Positions 36,867 to 38,809 of a stretch of 38,809 nt of DNA are shown here, piece after piece (positions within the stretch are counted from its first letter, which is position 1; every line of letters starts with the position of its first letter). A program made the position numbers and the translations under genes. The notes under the pieces are model-generated. The model was not told where the DNA came from. It searched no databases and saw only the letters and a list, made by a program, of their open reading frames with translations. The DNA comes from Octopus bimaculoides (taxonomy: Eukaryota), in contig NC_068984.1 of NCBI RefSeq assembly GCF_001194135.2, positions 80,814,387 through 80,853,195 of the forward strand. Direction: 5' to 3'.

Positions 36867-37704
36867 AAATGATTAATGAGTTGTAAGGACACATCCCATC
36901 CAAAGTACCACGTTGCAATTTTAGTATAGGACTGAAAGATTTCTTGTTTTTCGATGAATTTGATTCAGCTGCGAAACAACTAAGAATGGGGAAATGGTGT
37001 GGGGAATGATAAAATGATTTTGTATACTGTTCAAGAAAGAGATAATTTGAACAGGAATAATAATGTACAAAATGCATCTGGGTTGTGATCATGATATCAC
37101 ATCACAAACACATTTTCACGGTAAACGTCATTGTGAAAACTAACCCCTGTACAATGTCTGACTTCGAACATAATCAGCAAGTCATGGCATGTCGCATCTC
37201 ATTCAATTAATCTGGTTTCATCGGGCGATTAACATTTAATAGGCTAGTTGGCGTTAACAACTCTAACGCAGGGAATATTAAAAAGCTAACAGGAATAAAT
37301 TACGTGGTGAGAAAAAGGAAGCAATTTTGATCAAATATTATTTTAATTATATCTGCAAGCACAGAAGACAATTCCGGACATTTTTGGTCTTGTTATATGA
37401 CCTCGTCATTAAAAAGAGTATTAGTCTTTGACAAATATTTTTTCCTCAACGTATAATTAGTACTAATTTGATAGTTAACGGTACTCCCTGCATTAAATAT
37501 GTTAACATTAATTTAACTACGGTTTTTCGTGCAAATGACCTCTCCGAGTTATTCATTCTCTAAATAGTTTTATTTTTCTGCGTCAACTGAATGTTATACA
37601 TTTATTTAGTGGTTCATCACTGATGCGGCAAACGGTTTACCAATAAGATCATAATATAACCAAACCTTATCGAGAGTAATTTCCTTTACATGCCGAAATT
37701 ATAC

Positions 37705-38723
37705 TTTTTAACTTTGGCTCAAGGCCAGCAATTTTTAGAGGAGGGACAAGTTAATTCATTGACCTCTGTAGTTGACTGATACTTATTTTATCGGTCCCGA
37801 CAGGATGAAAAGGTAAGTCGACCTCAGCGGAATTTCAACTCAGAAGGTAAAGAACCGACATAATGGTTTCAAATTTTGGCACATGGCTAACAATTGTAAG
37901 GGAGTTGGTAAGACGAACACATCGACCCCAGTGTTCATATGGTACTTATTTTATCGTTTGAACTCAAACGGTACAACCAGAAGAAATGCCGCTAAGCATT
38001 TTGTCTGGCGTGCTAACGATTCTGCCAGCTTGTCGACTTAGAAAAAAAAGAGCCGAAAGAATTTAAAAAGTATTTATTAGTCATTGGCTAGCATTATTTT
38101 CTTTCCGTACCATAAATATTGATTTCAAATTTTTNNNNNNNNNNAGGGGATTAATTAAGTTGACCCCCAGTGCGTAACTGGTACTTATTTAATCGACCCT
38201 GAAAGGATGAAAGCAAAGTCGACCTCAGCGTAATTTGAACTTTTCCGTACCATAAACATTACTAGCTATGTCTTTTATACACCTCATATTAAATATGTTA
38301 ATATTGGTTTTAAATTTCGGCACAAGACCAGCAATTGTGGGAGTGGAAGTCGATCACGTCGATCCTGGTACCTGACTGGTACTTATTTTATCGACCCCAT
38401 AGAAAGAAAGACAAACTCGACCACGGCGGTATTTGAACTCGGAGCATAAAGTCAGAAGAAATACCAATGAGCATTTTTTTTTTCGGCACGGTGACGATTT
38501 TGCTAGCTCGTGGGCCTAAAATATGTTAATATTTTTTTCTACTTTAGACACAAGGCCCGAAATTTCTGGGGAGGCGGCCAGTCAATTAGATCGACCCAGT
38601 ACGCAACTGGTACTTAATTTATCGACCCGAAACGATGAAAGGCAAAGTCGACCGCGGCAGAATTTGAAATACTGCTAAGCATTTCGCCCGGCGTGCCAAC
38701 GTTTCTACCTGCTCGCCGCCTTA
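37705..38723 (-). mobile_element. Five consecutive same-orientation SINE family A copies
   Basis: Cores at ~37705-37855, 37862-38040, 38145-38240, 38303-38515 and 38535-38723. Confidence 0.85.
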
Positions 38724-38809
38724 AAATATGTTAATATTTATTTCTTTGTTGCCCACAGTAGGCTAAACATAGAGGGGACAAACAAGAACAGACAAAGGTA
38801 TTAAGTCGA

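Overview
AT-rich eukaryotic nuclear scaffold with many N gaps, inferred to be octopod (cephalopod) from its SINE families and a mitochondrial insert. No host protein-coding gene can be supported. Most of the long ORFs in the track are microsatellite or N-gap artefacts. The window is a retroelement graveyard containing about 30 tRNA-derived SINE copies, decayed non-LTR retrotransposons of several clades (R4/Dong, Tx1/L1, Hero, CR1/L2), a ~1.15 kb NUMT (tRNA-Leu plus 16S rRNA), a 316-bp zero-spacer foldback element and many microsatellites. The most notable signal is a family of gag-like zinc-knuckle ORF1 elements (3-4 divergent copies). The best-preserved copy (3360-5220) has a 5' UTR, ORF1 and a 3' tail matching that of a Tx1-type LINE elsewhere in the window, but no ORF2, which suggests an ORF1-only (HAL1-like) non-autonomous retroposon.
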